A DNA stretch of 64,000 nt from Escherichia coli O157:H7 (GTDB lineage Bacteria > Pseudomonadota > Gammaproteobacteria > Enterobacterales > Enterobacteriaceae): assembly GCF_013167455.1 (NCBI RefSeq), contig NZ_CP038328.1, one strand, 5' to 3'. A program made the translations under genes and the position numbers. Below the pieces are notes generated by a model that saw only the letters and a list, made by a program, of their open reading frames with translations, ran no database searches and was not told the DNA's origin. Each line of letters begins with the position of its first letter. Positions within the stretch are counted from its first letter, which is position 1. Shown one piece after another: positions 31,970 to 43,725 of this stretch.

Positions 31970-32784
31970 TGAGCATTAAATTAATTGCGGTAGACATGGA
32001 TGGTACTTTCTTAAGCGATCAAAAAACCTATAACCGTGAGCGGTTTATGGCTCAGTATCAGCAAATGAAAGCACAAGGCATTCGCTTTGTGGTCGCCAGC
32101 GGGAATCAATATTATCAGTTGATCTCTTTCTTCCCTGAAATTGCTAATGAAATTGCCTTTGTGGCTGAAAACGGCGGCTGGGTAGTGAGTGAAGGCAAAG
32201 ATGTTTTTAATGGCGAGCTGTCGAAGGATGCGTTTACTACTGTCGTGGAACATTTGCTGACGCGCCCGGAAGTGGAAATTATTGCCTGCGGAAAAAATAG
32301 CGCCTATACGCTCAAAAAATATGACGATGCCATGAAAATGGTGGCGGAAATGTATTATCACCGTCTGGAATACGTCGATAACTTTGACAACTTAGAAGAT
32401 ATCTTCTTTAAGTTTGGCCTGAATCTTTCCGATGAACTGATTCCACAAGTACAAAAAACATTACATGAGGCCATCGGCGATATTATGGTGCCGGTCCACA
32501 CCGGCAACGGCAGCATCGATCTGATTATCCCCGGCGTACATAAAGCCAATGGCCTTCGCCAACTGCAGAAATTATGGGGAATAGACGACAGCGAAGTGGT
32601 GGTCTTTGGCGATGGCGGTAACGATATTGAGATGCTGCGTCAGGCAGGCTTTAGTTTTGCAATGGAAAATGCCGGCAACGCGGTCGTCGCAGCGGCAAAA
32701 TACCGGGCAGGCTCCAATAACCGTGAAGGCGTACTGGATGTGATCGATAAAGTTCTTAAACACGAAGCGCCATTTGACCAATAA
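31969..32784 (+). CDS. ybjI: HAD-superfamily Cof-type phosphatase YbjI
   Basis: HAD motif I VDMDGT, motif IV GDGGND; paralogous to the ybiV product. Confidence 0.88.
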   Translation: MSIKLIAVDMDGTFLSDQKTYNRERFMAQYQQMKAQGIRFVVASGNQYYQLISFFPEIANEIAFVAENGGWVVSEGKDVFNGELSKDAFTTVVEHLLTRPEVEIIACGKNSAYTLKKYDDAMKMVAEMYYHRLEYVDNFDNLEDIFFKFGLNLSDELIPQVQKTLHEAIGDIMVPVHTGNGSIDLIIPGVHKANGLRQLQKLWGIDDSEVVVFGDGGNDIEMLRQAGFSFAMENAGNAVVAAAKYRAGSNNREGVLDVIDKVLKHEAPFDQ

Positions 32785-32869
32785 AAACGGCAGCACGCCC
32801 GGCAACACAATACCTGAATGAAGGCTGCATAATTCGCGGAAATTAACCCGCTGCATTATTTCAGGCGAA

Positions 32870-33154
32870 ATGATTATGAAAAATTGTCTACTGTTGGGCG
32901 CGCTTTTAATGGGCTTTACTGGTGTGGCGATGGCGCAAAGTGTCACCGTCGATGTGCCGAGTGGATACAAAGTGGTTGTGGTTCCTGATTCAGTCAGCGT
33001 TCCACAAGCGGTCAGCGTCGCGACTGTGCCGCAAACCGTCTATGTGGCTCCTGCGCCAGCTCCGGCTTACCACCCGCATCCTTATGTTCGCCATCTTGCC
33101 AGCGTAGGTGAAGGGATGGTTATCGAACACCAGATTGACGACCATCACCATTAA
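32870..33154 (+). CDS. ybjH: Small secreted protein YbjH
   Basis: 94-aa ORF with signal peptide (MKNCLLLGALLMGFTGVAMA). Confidence 0.7.
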   Translation: MIMKNCLLLGALLMGFTGVAMAQSVTVDVPSGYKVVVVPDSVSVPQAVSVATVPQTVYVAPAPAPAYHPHPYVRHLASVGEGMVIEHQIDDHHH

Positions 33155-33161
33155 TTCGAGA

Positions 33162-33197
33162 ATGCCTGATCGCACAAAGCAATCAGGCATTTTTTTA
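33162..33197. terminator. Bidirectional rho-independent terminator between ybjH and mdfA
   Basis: atgcctgat...atcaggcat stem followed by ttttttt. Confidence 0.7.
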
Positions 33198-34427
33198 CCC
33201 TTCGTGAGAATTTCCCATCTGTTTATCTTTTAAAAAGATAACCATCAGCGACAGCCACAAAATTCCGTTGACAAGGTTGAAGAGATTAAACAGTCCGTTG
33301 CCCCCGTTCAGCCAGGCATGTTTGCTGATTTCAATACCGACGGTAAAGATCAGCATTTGCAGCATTCCCATCGCCGCAGAAACCGTACCTTTACTCATAT
33401 CGCTGGCAAACAGGGTTAATCGCACCAGTCCCGCATTCGCCAGACCAATACCGAAAGCATAAATACTTAACCCGGCGGTCATCCATAAATACGCGTGCGA
33501 TGAGATAACCGTTGCCGCAGCAGCGACCAACAGACCAATCATAATCGGCCAGCCGCCCATAATAATCAGCGAACGTACGGTGCGGCGCGAGGTCAGACGC
33601 GCTAACAGCAAGTTACCCGCAATTAACGCCCCGAAAATAGGCACTTGCAGCAAACCATATTCATAGCTGCTCAACTGCTCGCCGGTAATGATGATAATCG
33701 GCGACTGAGCGATCCACGCCAGCAACGGCAGGCTAACGAATCCCAGCGCCAGCGCCCCCGCCACAAAGCGACCGTTCTTCAGCACCAGCTTATAGTCACG
33801 ACCGAGTTCTTTCAGCGACAGTTTCTCGCCTATACGCGTGGCGGTTTCAGGCATGGCTCGTTGCAGACCGAAAAAGGAGATCGCTGCCAATGCGGCAAAC
33901 AAGACAAACATCCCTTCCCAGGGCAGCACATGGATCCACGCCGCGCCCACCAGTGGACCAAGTAGCGGAGCAATCAGCGCCACGTTCGCCATCAGCGCGG
34001 TGATCTTGATACAAACCGCCTCTTCGAAGGATTCCTGAATTGCGGCGTATCCCACAGCGCCAATGAAACAGAGGCTTATGCCCTGCAAGAAGCGCAACAG
34101 GGTGAATTGTTCAATGTTTTGCGCCAGTAATATTGCCAGACAGGTGACAATAAACCACACCACACCCGCCAGCATCACCGGACGGCGACCAATACGATCC
34201 GACAACGGCCCCAGGAGCCATTGTAAAAACATCCCGCCCGCCAGATACGCGGTCATCGAAGTAGGAACCCAATCAATGCCCGCCTGATATTGTTCCACCA
34301 CGGCCAACATACCGGGTTGAATCATATCGTTGCCGATATAGGTTGAAAATTCGTAAAGCACCAGACAGAGAGGGAAAAGTAACGCCTGACGTCCAAGCCT
34401 GGCACCGGAAGCTAATTTATTTTGCAT
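33195..34427 (-). CDS. mdfA: Multidrug efflux MFS transporter MdfA (Cmr)
   Basis: 410-aa MFS protein, [41 protein letters not shown]-terminus recalled as MdfA. Confidence 0.92.
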
Positions 34428-34711
34428 GCAATTTCTTCGCCAATAATAATCGCGCAGAGTTTAATAAAAGCGCAGCTAACGAGAAAGCGAATTTTGTAGC
34501 TGAAACCACGGTTAAGCACATTCTTACATTATTGCGAGTATAGCTACGCTTTCTTTAAGTTTTATTTAACCTATGCCCGTTACAATCACCCACCGTAAAC
34601 AGGCCGCTTGAGGGAAATAAGACGATGCCGCTTTACCCAGTTTAACCTGCACTTTATTCTCAACGACTTGCCTGTATTGGCTCCCTTTTAATCACTTTGC
34701 GTCGGGAAGTT

Positions 34712-35308
34712 ATGCTGGAAAATTTGAATCTCTCTCTATTCTCTCTTATTAACGCGACGCCAGACTCGGCTCCGTGGATGATCTCGTTGGCGATTTTTAT
34801 TGCTAAAGATTTGATTACCGTGGTGCCGCTGCTGGCCGCGGTACTTTGGTTGTGGGGGCTTACAGCACAACGGCAACTGGTGATAAAAATCGCTATCGCG
34901 CTGGCGGTCAGCCTGTTGGTGTCCTGGACGATGGGACATCTTTTTCCGCACGACCGACCGTTTGTCGAAAATATCGGCTATAACTTCCTGCATCATGCGG
35001 CGGATGACTCATTCCCGAGCGATCACGGTACGGTGATTTTCACCTTTGCACTGGCATTTTTATGCTGGCATCGCCTGTGGTCCGGCTCACTTTTAATGGT
35101 GCTGGCCGTCGTCATTGCCTGGTCGCGCGTTTATCTTGGCGTCCACTGGCCGCTGGATATGCTCGGTGGATTGCTGGCAGGTATGATTGGCTGCCTTAGT
35201 GCCCAGATTATCTGGCAAGCGATGGGGCATAAACTCTATCAACGTCTGCAATCGTGGTATCGCTTCTGTTTTGCATTACCGATCCGCAAAGGCTGGGTGC
35301 GTGACTGA
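34712..35308 (+). CDS. ybjG: Undecaprenyl-pyrophosphate phosphatase (PAP2 family)
   Basis: PAP2 motifs (KxxxxxxRP, PSDH, SRxxxxxHxxxD) present; 198 aa from the internal Met. Confidence 0.88.
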   Translation: MLENLNLSLFSLINATPDSAPWMISLAIFIAKDLITVVPLLAAVLWLWGLTAQRQLVIKIAIALAVSLLVSWTMGHLFPHDRPFVENIGYNFLHHAADDSFPSDHGTVIFTFALAFLCWHRLWSGSLLMVLAVVIAWSRVYLGVHWPLDMLGGLLAGMIGCLSAQIIWQAMGHKLYQRLQSWYRFCFALPIRKGWVRD

Positions 35309-35365
35309 TCTCTGCTAAAAAGTGTAGTATTGAGCGGCTCGCTTCAATAACTATTCAGAGGGATT

Positions 35366-36124
35366 ATGGAAACACGTCGCGAAGAGCGTATCGGGCAGCT
35401 GCTGCAAGAATTAAAACGCAGCGATAAGTTACATCTTAAAGACGCCGCCGCCCTGCTTGGGGTTTCGGAGATGACGATTCGTCGCGATCTGAACAACCAC
35501 AGTGCGCCCGTCGTTTTGCTCGGCGGCTATATTGTTCTGGAACCGCGCAGCGCCAGCCATTACCTGTTAAGCGATCAAAAATCCCGCCTGGTGGAAGAAA
35601 AACGCCGGGCGGCAAAACTGGCTGCGACACTGGTAGAACCCGATCAGACCCTCTTTTTTGACTGTGGCACCACCACGCCGTGGATTATTGAAGCGATTGA
35701 TAATGAAATCCCTTTTACCGCCGTTTGTTATTCGCTAAATACCTTTCTGGCGCTGAAAGAAAAACCCCATTGCCGCGCATTTCTGTGCGGTGGTGAATTT
35801 CACGCCAGCAACGCCATTTTCAAACCCATCGATTTTCAGCAAACGCTGAATAATTTTTGCCCGGATATCGCTTTTTATTCTGCGGCGGGCGTGCATGTCA
35901 GTAAAGGCGCTACCTGTTTTAATCTTGAAGAGTTGCCGGTAAAACACTGGGCCATGTCGATGGCGCAAAAGCATGTGCTGGTTGTTGACCACAGTAAATT
36001 TGGCAAGGTGCGTCCGGCGCGCATGGGTGACCTGAAACGCTTTGATATTGTGGTGAGCGATTGTTGCCCGGAAGATGAGTATGTGAAGTACGCGCAGACG
36101 CAGCGTATTAAGTTGATGTATTAA
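35366..36124 (+). CDS. deoR: Deoxyribose operon repressor
   Basis: 252-aa DeoR-family regulator with N-terminal HTH (LLGVSEMTIRRDL). Confidence 0.9.
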   Translation: METRREERIGQLLQELKRSDKLHLKDAAALLGVSEMTIRRDLNNHSAPVVLLGGYIVLEPRSASHYLLSDQKSRLVEEKRRAAKLAATLVEPDQTLFFDCGTTTPWIIEAIDNEIPFTAVCYSLNTFLALKEKPHCRAFLCGGEFHASNAIFKPIDFQQTLNNFCPDIAFYSAAGVHVSKGATCFNLEELPVKHWAMSMAQKHVLVVDHSKFGKVRPARMGDLKRFDIVVSDCCPEDEYVKYAQTQRIKLMY

Positions 36125-36132
36125 TGACGTAT

Positions 36133-36163
36133 AACCGGATGACGTTTCGCGCCATCCGGTTAT
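36133..36163. terminator. Bidirectional hairpin between deoR and dacC
   Basis: aaccggatg-acgtttcgcgc-catccggtt stem-loop between convergent genes. Confidence 0.5.
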
Positions 36164-36170
36164 CAGAAGA

Positions 36171-37373
36171 TTAAGAGAACCAGCTGCCGAACCACTGATG
36201 GAATTTCATCATCACGAAATCCCACATCCGACCAAAGAATCCGCCCTCTTCCACATTTTCCATCACGATCAGCGGACGCTGCTCAATGGATTTACCGTTA
36301 AGCTGGAAATCAATGGTCCCGACAACCTGACCTTTTTTCAGCGGTGCGGTAAGCTGCGGTTCCGTTAACGTGTAGCTCGCCTTCAGGTTTTTCAGCTGCC
36401 CACGCGGTATGGTCACTGAGCCCGCTTCGCCTGCCCCGAGATTCACTTCGCTCTTATCACCAAACCAGACGCGCTGAGTCACAAAGGTGGCATCAGGTTT
36501 AATTGGCGTCACGGTTTCAAAGAAGCGGAAACCCCAGGTCAATAATTTCTCAGACTCATTAAAACGGATACGGTCGGTTTTCGCCCCCAGCACTACGGAG
36601 ATTAAACGCATATCGCCCTGGGTAGCCGAAGCAACCAGATTATATCCCGCGCCTGCCGTGGTTCCTGTCTTCATGCCATCAACATTCAGATTGCTGCTCC
36701 ACAGCAGACGGTTACGGTTAGGCTGACGAATTTTGTTGAAGGTGAACTCTTTCTCTTTATGAATGGCGTACTCTTCCGGCACATCGTGGATCAATGCTTT
36801 ACCCAGCAATGCCATATCGCGCGCGGTACTGAACTGCCCCGGCGCATCCAGACCGTGCACCGTCTGGAAGGTAGTGTTGGTCAGCCCCAGTTTTTTGGCA
36901 TAACCATTCATCAAACCAATAAATGACTCCTGGCTCCCGGCAACGTAATCGGCCAGCGCAATACAGGCGTCATTACCGGACTGGATAATCACACCTTTGT
37001 TCAAGTCTGCCACCGAAACCTGATCGCCCGGTTTGAGGAACATTACCGATGAACCACGCAGTGCCGGATTTCCCGTCGCCCAGGCATCTTTACCGACCGT
37101 CACCATATCGGTGAGTTTAATCTTATCGGCCTTAAGCGCCTGCCCAACCACATAGCTGGTCATGATTTTAGTCAGGCTCGCGGGATCCAGTTTCTCATCC
37201 GCATTGCCTTCTGCCAGCACTTTACCGCTGGCGTAATCCATTAAAATCCATGCACGCGCATCCACGCTCGGCGCTTCAACGGTTTGTTCGGCCGCGAATG
37301 CCGTTGGGGCAAAAAGGAATAAAAATGCAGAACCCGCTGCAAGACCACGAAGGAGAGAGGAGTATTGCGTCAT
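36171..37373 (-). CDS. dacC: D-alanyl-D-alanine carboxypeptidase PBP6
   Basis: SxxK (SLTK), SGN and KTG motifs of class-A low-MW PBPs; 400 aa from the internal Met. Confidence 0.92.
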   Translation of the reverse strand: MTQYSSLLRGLAAGSAFLFLFAPTAFAAEQTVEAPSVDARAWILMDYASGKVLAEGNADEKLDPASLTKIMTSYVVGQALKADKIKLTDMVTVGKDAWATGNPALRGSSVMFLKPGDQVSVADLNKGVIIQSGNDACIALADYVAGSQESFIGLMNGYAKKLGLTNTTFQTVHGLDAPGQFSTARDMALLGKALIHDVPEEYAIHKEKEFTFNKIRQPNRNRLLWSSNLNVDGMKTGTTAGAGYNLVASATQGDMRLISVVLGAKTDRIRFNESEKLLTWGFRFFETVTPIKPDATFVTQRVWFGDKSEVNLGAGEAGSVTIPRGQLKNLKASYTLTEPQLTAPLKKGQVVGTIDFQLNGKSIEQRPLIVMENVEEGGFFGRMWDFVMMKFHQWFGSWFS

Positions 37374-37618
37374 AAATGCCACCCGAGTATCCATTCAAAA
37401 AAATACGTTATATCGCCGTATGATAAGTTCGGTGATTAATAACGCACACACAAACTTAAAGAAACCGTAAGTTGGTAAAGTTTTTAAAGTTTATGCAATA
37501 TCCTGCCGCTTCGCTGCTTCTGGTGTCATTTTTTTGCCAGCTGTTGCTTAAAAGTTAACTTTACTTCACCATCGGAGTCCTGTTCAGCCTGTGGCTGCCT
37601 GTCGGAAAAGGGGTGAGT

Positions 37619-38245
37619 ATGATTACGCTGTGGGGTCGGAATAATTCAACCAACGTAAAAAAAGTATTGCTGACGCTCGAAGAACTGGAACTACCTTATG
37701 AGCAAATTCTCGCGGGCCGTGAGTTTGGGATAAATCACGATGCTGATTTTCTGGCGATGAACCCTAACGGGCTGGTGCCGTTGTTGCGTGACGACGAAAG
37801 TGATCTCATTCTTTGGGAATCAAACGCCATTGTCCGCTATCTGGCGGCACAGTACGGGCAAAAACGCCTGTGGATCGACTCACCGGCACGTCGTGCGGAA
37901 GCAGAAAAATGGATGGACTGGGCAAACCAGACACTCAGTAATGCTCATCGCGGGATCCTGATGGGATTAGTCAGAACACCACCGGAAGAGCGCGATCAGG
38001 CCGCCATTGATGCCAGTTGCAAAGAGTGCGACGCCCTGTTTGCCCTGCTCGATGCGGAACTGGCAAAAGTAAAATGGTTCTCTGGCGACGAGTTTGGTGT
38101 GGGCGATATCGCTATCGCACCGTTCATCTACAATTTGTTTAATGTTGGCCTGACCTGGACACCGCGTCCAAATCTGCAACGCTGGTATCAGCAACTCACT
38201 GAACGCCCCGCAGTGCGCAAAGTGGTGATGATTCCCGTTAGCTAA
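37619..38245 (+). CDS. gstB: Glutathione S-transferase GstB (YliJ)
   Basis: 208-aa GST-fold protein ([16 protein letters not shown]...). Confidence 0.88.
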
Positions 38246-39357
38246 TTGCGTGGGCTAACTTTAAGTAATTCCCCACTGGACTCGTCGGTGAGAACGTATA
38301 AATAACCGTCGGGTCCAGTGCGAACATCACGAATTCGCTGCCCTCTGTCCGTTAAAATACGGCCATCTTCTGTTACTTTGTCGCCGTTGACGCTCATCAC
38401 AATGACATCTTTATCTTTCAGCGCGCCAATAAATAATTTTTGCTGCCACTGGGGGAATTTATCGCTGTTATAGAAGGCCATGCCGCTCACGGCGGGCGAA
38501 TCTTTCCAGTAAAAAACAGGTTGCTCGGTCCCGGCGACGATCTCCCCTTTCGCTTCCGGTATCTTAAAGCCTGAATAGTTGATTCCCCAGGTTGCCAGCG
38601 GCCAGCCGTAGTTTTTGCCTTTTTGCGGGATATTAATTTCATCACCACCGCGCGGGCCATGTTCATTCAGCCACAGTGCATTACTCCACGGATTCATCGC
38701 CATTCCTTGCGGATTACGAATGCCATAAGACCAGATCTCGGCGCGCGCACCGGATTCCTTTATAAAAGGATTATCATCCAGGATTTCGCCCTGGTCGGTC
38801 AGACGCACCAGTTTGCCCTGTAATTTATCCAGATCCTGCGCCGTCGGGCGCTGATTGTTTTCGCCCAGAGCAATAAAAAGATAACCTTTACCGTCGAATA
38901 CCAGCCGCCCGCCAAAATGGTTGCCGGTAGACAGTTTTGGCATCTGGCGAAAGACGGTGCGAAAGTCGGTCACTTTTGAGAGATCATCACTTAAGCGGCC
39001 ATACCCCACAGCAGTTCCGGCTTTGCCATCATCGCCAACTTCGGAATAACTTAACCAGATGCGGCGAGACTGAGCAAAATCAGGCGCTAAAACCACGTCC
39101 AGCAGGCCGCCCTGCCCGTGCGCCCAAACGTCCGGAACTCCGGAAAGCGGCGCAGATAATCCTTTTCCTGCTTGCCAGTGACGCAACTCGCCGCCGCGCA
39201 GAGTGATTAACATACCGTGGTTATCGGGTAAAAAGGCCAGTGCCCAGGGATGGTCGAGTTTGTCTTGCAGTACTTCGACATTTACCGTTGCAGGAGCCGC
39301 CCAGAGAGCGGAAGAAAGACAAATAAGGGGCACAAGGAAAAAGAATTGTCGATGCAT
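38242..39357 (-). CDS. yliI: Soluble aldose sugar dehydrogenase YliI (PQQ-dependent beta-propeller)
   Basis: 371-aa ORF with signal peptide, conserved position next to gstB. Confidence 0.85.
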
Positions 39358-39439
39358 AACGCCTCCGGATTGACTCTGGCTTAAAGCGTAGTCAGTGGAG
39401 GAGATAACAAATTCATTTTTACAAAAACTTAAACATGAA

Positions 39440-39465
39440 GGGGGAGACGCTTTCTCCCCCTTAGT
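39440..39465 (-). terminator. Terminator hairpin downstream of bssR
   Basis: aagggggagacgctttctccccctt perfect stem-loop immediately after the bssR stop. Confidence 0.55.
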
Positions 39466-39467
39466 TT

Positions 39468-39851
39468 TCAGGCCTTCTCAAGCATGGCGTGCTTCTGCAG
39501 GCTCTGGATACTCAGCGTTAAGCTCATCAGACAATTTTCAAGCTTATCGGCGTTGACGGTAATAACAGTCGGGCAATCATGGTGCCCACTCATCAAACAT
39601 ACTGCGGCTGTCGCTAATGCTTCTTCAGCATGATGAAGAGCACTCCACTCTTCCTGATCCAGATGAAGATTCAACCGCAGCGATTTATCGTGCAGTTCGC
39701 GATTCAGTTTAAAAAAGTTATCTCGTAGATGATTGCTTTCGCTGACGGACATGTATCCTTTTGCCTTCCTCAGTTGCACGTATGCGGCGAGGTCAACGCG
39801 TGCGTCGATCAACCGGTTCAGCAGATCGATTCGCTGTCTGTCAACGAACAT
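39468..39851 (-). CDS. bssR: Biofilm regulator BssR (YliH)
   Basis: 127 aa from the internal Met (MFVDRQRIDLLNRL...). Confidence 0.85.
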   Translation of the reverse strand: MFVDRQRIDLLNRLIDARVDLAAYVQLRKAKGYMSVSESNHLRDNFFKLNRELHDKSLRLNLHLDQEEWSALHHAEEALATAAVCLMSGHHDCPTVITVNADKLENCLMSLTLSIQSLQKHAMLEKA

Positions 39852-40063
39852 ACTTCGATCCTCCTCTTTCCAGCCTTGTTGCAATTAAATAGTATGGCTA
39901 TTTTTTGAGCATAATGCTGTCCAGGATCAATTCTTCACGCCGAATTAACAAAATTTACATTTCCTTCGCCTCCGCCAGCGAATGAGATTGCGATACAAAT
40001 TTTATCCAGAACTCTGTAGAATCCCTGCCCTGACCTTTCCTGTAACTGAATATTTTTTAAGCT

Positions 40064-41389
40064 ATGAGCAAAGTAACTCCCCAGCCGAAAATCGGCTTTG
40101 TTTCCCTTGGCTGTCCGAAAAACCTTGTCGATTCAGAGCGTATTCTCACCGAACTCCGCACTGAAGGTTATGACGTGGTACCGAGCTATGACGATGCGGA
40201 CATGGTGATCGTCAACACCTGCGGCTTTATTGACAGCGCGGTACAAGAATCACTGGAAGCCATTGGTGAAGCGTTGAATGAAAACGGCAAGGTAATTGTG
40301 ACCGGTTGTCTGGGGGCAAAAGAAGATCAGATCCGCGAAGTCCACCCGAAAGTGCTGGAAATCACCGGGCCTCATAGCTATGAGCAGGTTCTGGAGCACG
40401 TTCATCACTACGTGCCAAAACCGAAACACAACCCATTCCTGAGCCTGGTGCCAGAACAAGGTGTCAAACTGACGCCGCGTCATTATGCCTATCTGAAAAT
40501 TTCTGAAGGCTGTAATCACCGCTGCACCTTCTGCATTATTCCGTCTATGCGCGGCGACCTGGTGAGCCGTCCGATTGGCGAAGTATTAAGTGAAGCGAAA
40601 CGTCTGGTAGATGCGGGCGTTAAAGAGATTCTGGTGATCTCGCAGGATACTTCCGCCTATGGCGTTGATGTTAAACATCGTACTGGCTTCCACAACGGCG
40701 AGCCGGTAAAAACCAGCATGGTCAGCCTGTGCGAACAGTTATCGAAACTGGGGATCTGGACACGTCTGCACTACGTTTACCCTTATCCGCATGTGGACGA
40801 CGTCATCCCACTGATGGCAGAAGGCAAAATCCTGCCGTATCTGGACATTCCGTTGCAGCACGCCAGCCCGCGCATTCTCAAACTGATGAAGCGTCCGGGT
40901 TCTGTAGATCGCCAACTGGCGCGCATCAAACAGTGGCGCGAAATCTGCCCGGAACTGACCCTACGCTCAACCTTTATTGTCGGCTTCCCTGGCGAGACGG
41001 AAGAAGATTTCCAGATGCTACTCGACTTCCTGAAAGAAGCGCGTCTGGATCGCGTTGGCTGCTTTAAATACAGCCCGGTTGAAGGTGCAGACGCCAATGC
41101 CCTGCCTGACCAGGTTCCGGAAGAAGTGAAAGAAGAACGCTGGAACCGTTTCATGCAGTTGCAGCAGCAGATTTCCGCCGAGCGCCTGCAAGAGAAAGTG
41201 GGCCGTGAAATTCTGGTGATTATCGACGAAGTGGACGAAGAAGGCGCGATTGGTCGCAGCATGGCAGATGCACCGGAAATCGACGGTGCGGTTTATCTCA
41301 ATGGTGAAACCAACGTTAAGCCGGGTGATATCCTGCGTGTGAAAGTCGAGCACGCCGATGAGTACGATTTGTGGGGTAGCCGGGTTTAA
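40064..41389 (+). CDS. rimO: Ribosomal protein S12 methylthiotransferase (radical SAM)
   Basis: 441-aa ORF with radical-SAM CxxxCxxC (CNHRCTFC) and N-terminal MTTase Cys residues. Confidence 0.93.
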
Positions 41390-41572
41390 TTAATCTAAAG
41401 GCAGATCTAACAAGGATATTGTTCTTCGATCTGCCTCTACTACCCTTCCCGATGTCCTACCCTTACGCACAAAATCCCCTGACGCATAAATCGAGAAAAA
41501 TGAATCGTACTCGAGGCAACTCTCACTTTTTCACACCAAATTAAAGTTTTGATCGCAATTACTTGAAATAAG

Positions 41573-41598
41573 CGTAATGGTTACTATAGTAAACATTA
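41573..41598 (+). promoter_or_regulatory. Palindromic operator/promoter element upstream of the toxin gene
   Basis: gtaatggttactatagtaaacattac is a 26-bp near-perfect palindrome (24/26) centred ~30 bp upstream of the toxin start; typical of TA autoregulation. Confidence 0.5.
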
Positions 41599-41614
41599 CC
41601 ACAAGGATGGATGT

Positions 41615-42001
41615 ATGGGTGTGTATAAGGCAAGGCGATTCAGCCAAAGCACGAAAAAACTTGGTATTCACGATAAAGTTCTCATGGCTGCCGCTGAAGA
41701 AGTGATGCAAGGCATATGGGAGGCTGATTTAGGTAGCGGTGTCATCAAAAAACGGTTACCCCTCCAACAAGGAAAGAGTGGTGGAGCCAGAACAATTATC
41801 TTTTTTAAATCAGCAAATCATGTGTTTTTTTATGATGGTTGGTCCAAGAGTGGTCTAAGCAGTAAAGGAAGCAAAGAAATCGAAGATGATGAACTGGCAG
41901 CCTACAAAAAAATGGCAAATGCATTTCTGGCCTTTAGCAATAAGCAAATAGAGGATTTGATCGAAACTGGCTTCTTGATTGAGGTGAAAAATGAGCGATA
42001 A
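41615..42001 (+). CDS. HigB-like (RelE/ParE superfamily) type II toxin
   Basis: 128-aa protein; motif QQGKSGGARTIIFF resembles the GKRGGSRIIYYF core of HigB-family toxins; toxin gene precedes and overlaps the antitoxin gene (higBA order); absent at this position in K-12. Confidence 0.65.
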   Translation: MGVYKARRFSQSTKKLGIHDKVLMAAAEEVMQGIWEADLGSGVIKKRLPLQQGKSGGARTIIFFKSANHVFFYDGWSKSGLSSKGSKEIEDDELAAYKKMANAFLAFSNKQIEDLIETGFLIEVKNER

Positions 42002-42320
42002 ATTACAAATGATGCTGGAAGATGCAAAGGAACTGAATGCACTGGGCCTGATGTCTGATAGTGAGGTTGATGCCATTGCCGTCATGGTCAAAGCCCGTGA
42101 AGTCAGCGCCCGTATAGCCAAAGTCAAATCAATGACGGGTGAAGAGATCAAAGCCATCCGCACCCGATACGGCATGTCACAATCCGTGCTGGCACATACA
42201 ATGGGAATGTCAAAAGAAAGTGTCTCGAAATGGGAACGTAATGAAATAAAACCGAGCGGCCCGGCACTACGTATTTTGAATACATTGGCAATAAAAGGGC
42301 CGGAAGTTTTTGCAAAGTAA
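41991..42320 (+). CDS. HigA-like antitoxin, XRE-family helix-turn-helix
   Basis: 109-aa protein with HTH (IRTRYGMSQSVLAHTMGMSKESVSKWERNE); start overlaps toxin stop by 11 nt. Confidence 0.65.
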   Translation: MSDKLQMMLEDAKELNALGLMSDSEVDAIAVMVKAREVSARIAKVKSMTGEEIKAIRTRYGMSQSVLAHTMGMSKESVSKWERNEIKPSGPALRILNTLAIKGPEVFAK

Positions 42321-42389
42321 AATGTTTGCAAATGATTTACCACATTCATTAGTACCCCTTGATTCAGGGGTACTAACACTATTCTAATT

Positions 42390-43718
42390 CTACTGCCAGC
42401 TAATCTGAGCCCTGCCGTTTTTCTTACTCTTATACAGCCGCTCATCCGCCAGCATTTTCAAGCGTTCGACGGTAGTACATTCATTTGAATGCGCTACACC
42501 GATACTGGTGCTTAAATTAATGCTTCCCACCTGGAAATGAACGATTTCTTTTAGAATCGATAGTAACTCTTCCAGCGTGCCGCCAGTATAAATCACCGCA
42601 AATTCGTCACCGCCGAAGCGGTAGACTTTACCTTTATCTACCGGGATCTGTGATTTAAGGATTTTCACCACTTTCATCAACACTTCATCGCCCAGCAAAT
42701 GACCGAAGGTGTCGTTAATATTTTTGAATTTATCGACGTCAAACAGGCACAAATAACCGCCTTTTTCCGGCAGCGCTTTTAAATCTTCGTCAAAGGATTT
42801 TCTACCCATTGCTTTGGTCAGGTCGTCCAGGAACGCCGAGTTATACATACTGTAGAGTTTTTTGACATCGGCAGCCGAAAAGAAAAGCCCGCCATCCAGT
42901 ACGCGTTCAAAATGGTTATTAATAATGGCTTCTTTCTCCACAATACCACGATTAATCACTCTGCGTACCAGATAGAGGCAACTGGCACCCGATATCACTG
43001 CCACCAATGCGGCAAAGAAAATAATCAATGTACAGACCCGCAAATAAACATCTTTTTTATACGCAAATACGTACAATCCGGTCGGCAAATAGGCGAAGTG
43101 CTCCATCGCTTCCGAAACGGTGAAGATGGCGTTTTTAGCATTATATTCATCACCGGTCACCGGTTTACCGTTCTTAAACAGAGAGAACATCAGGTTCTCG
43201 CTGTCCATCGCCAGCGATTTTGACAGTAAAGAAAAACGCTCCAGACCAAGCAAAAATATCAGACTACGATTGTGAGTTACCGGATAGAGGTAATAGACGA
43301 AGGTTTTACCGTCAAAAGAGATAAACCCTGTATTTTTGACATGTCGATACTTCACAACCTGCATAATATCTGCACAATAATTTTTCTCGAACTCCTTTAC
43401 CTGAATACATTCGTCACTGGAAATCAGATAAGGACCGACATCGTACAAATAAGAGGGTGAAACCGAGTCGGCGTAAGCTGTGCGTAAGCCAACCAACAGC
43501 TGTTCCTCCGTGGGATTTAGCGTGTTGATAAGATCAATTGCCACGCTACGCCGATATTCAGCAATATTTGCCACCGCAAAAGCAGTATCAATAACGGACT
43601 GTTTCAGGCTATACACCCGTTCCTTTACCATTTGAGTGTAGATCCCGCAGGCAACTGCTGAAATCATGATAAAAATCAGCAGACTGACTGTAAGTACGAA
43701 CTTATTGATTCTGGACAT
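42390..43718 (-). CDS. dgcI: Diguanylate cyclase DgcI (YliF), membrane-anchored GGDEF protein
   Basis: 442-aa ORF with GGDEF active site (RFGGDEF) and N-terminal TM/periplasmic region. Confidence 0.9.
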
Positions 43719-43725
43719 ACGTAAA

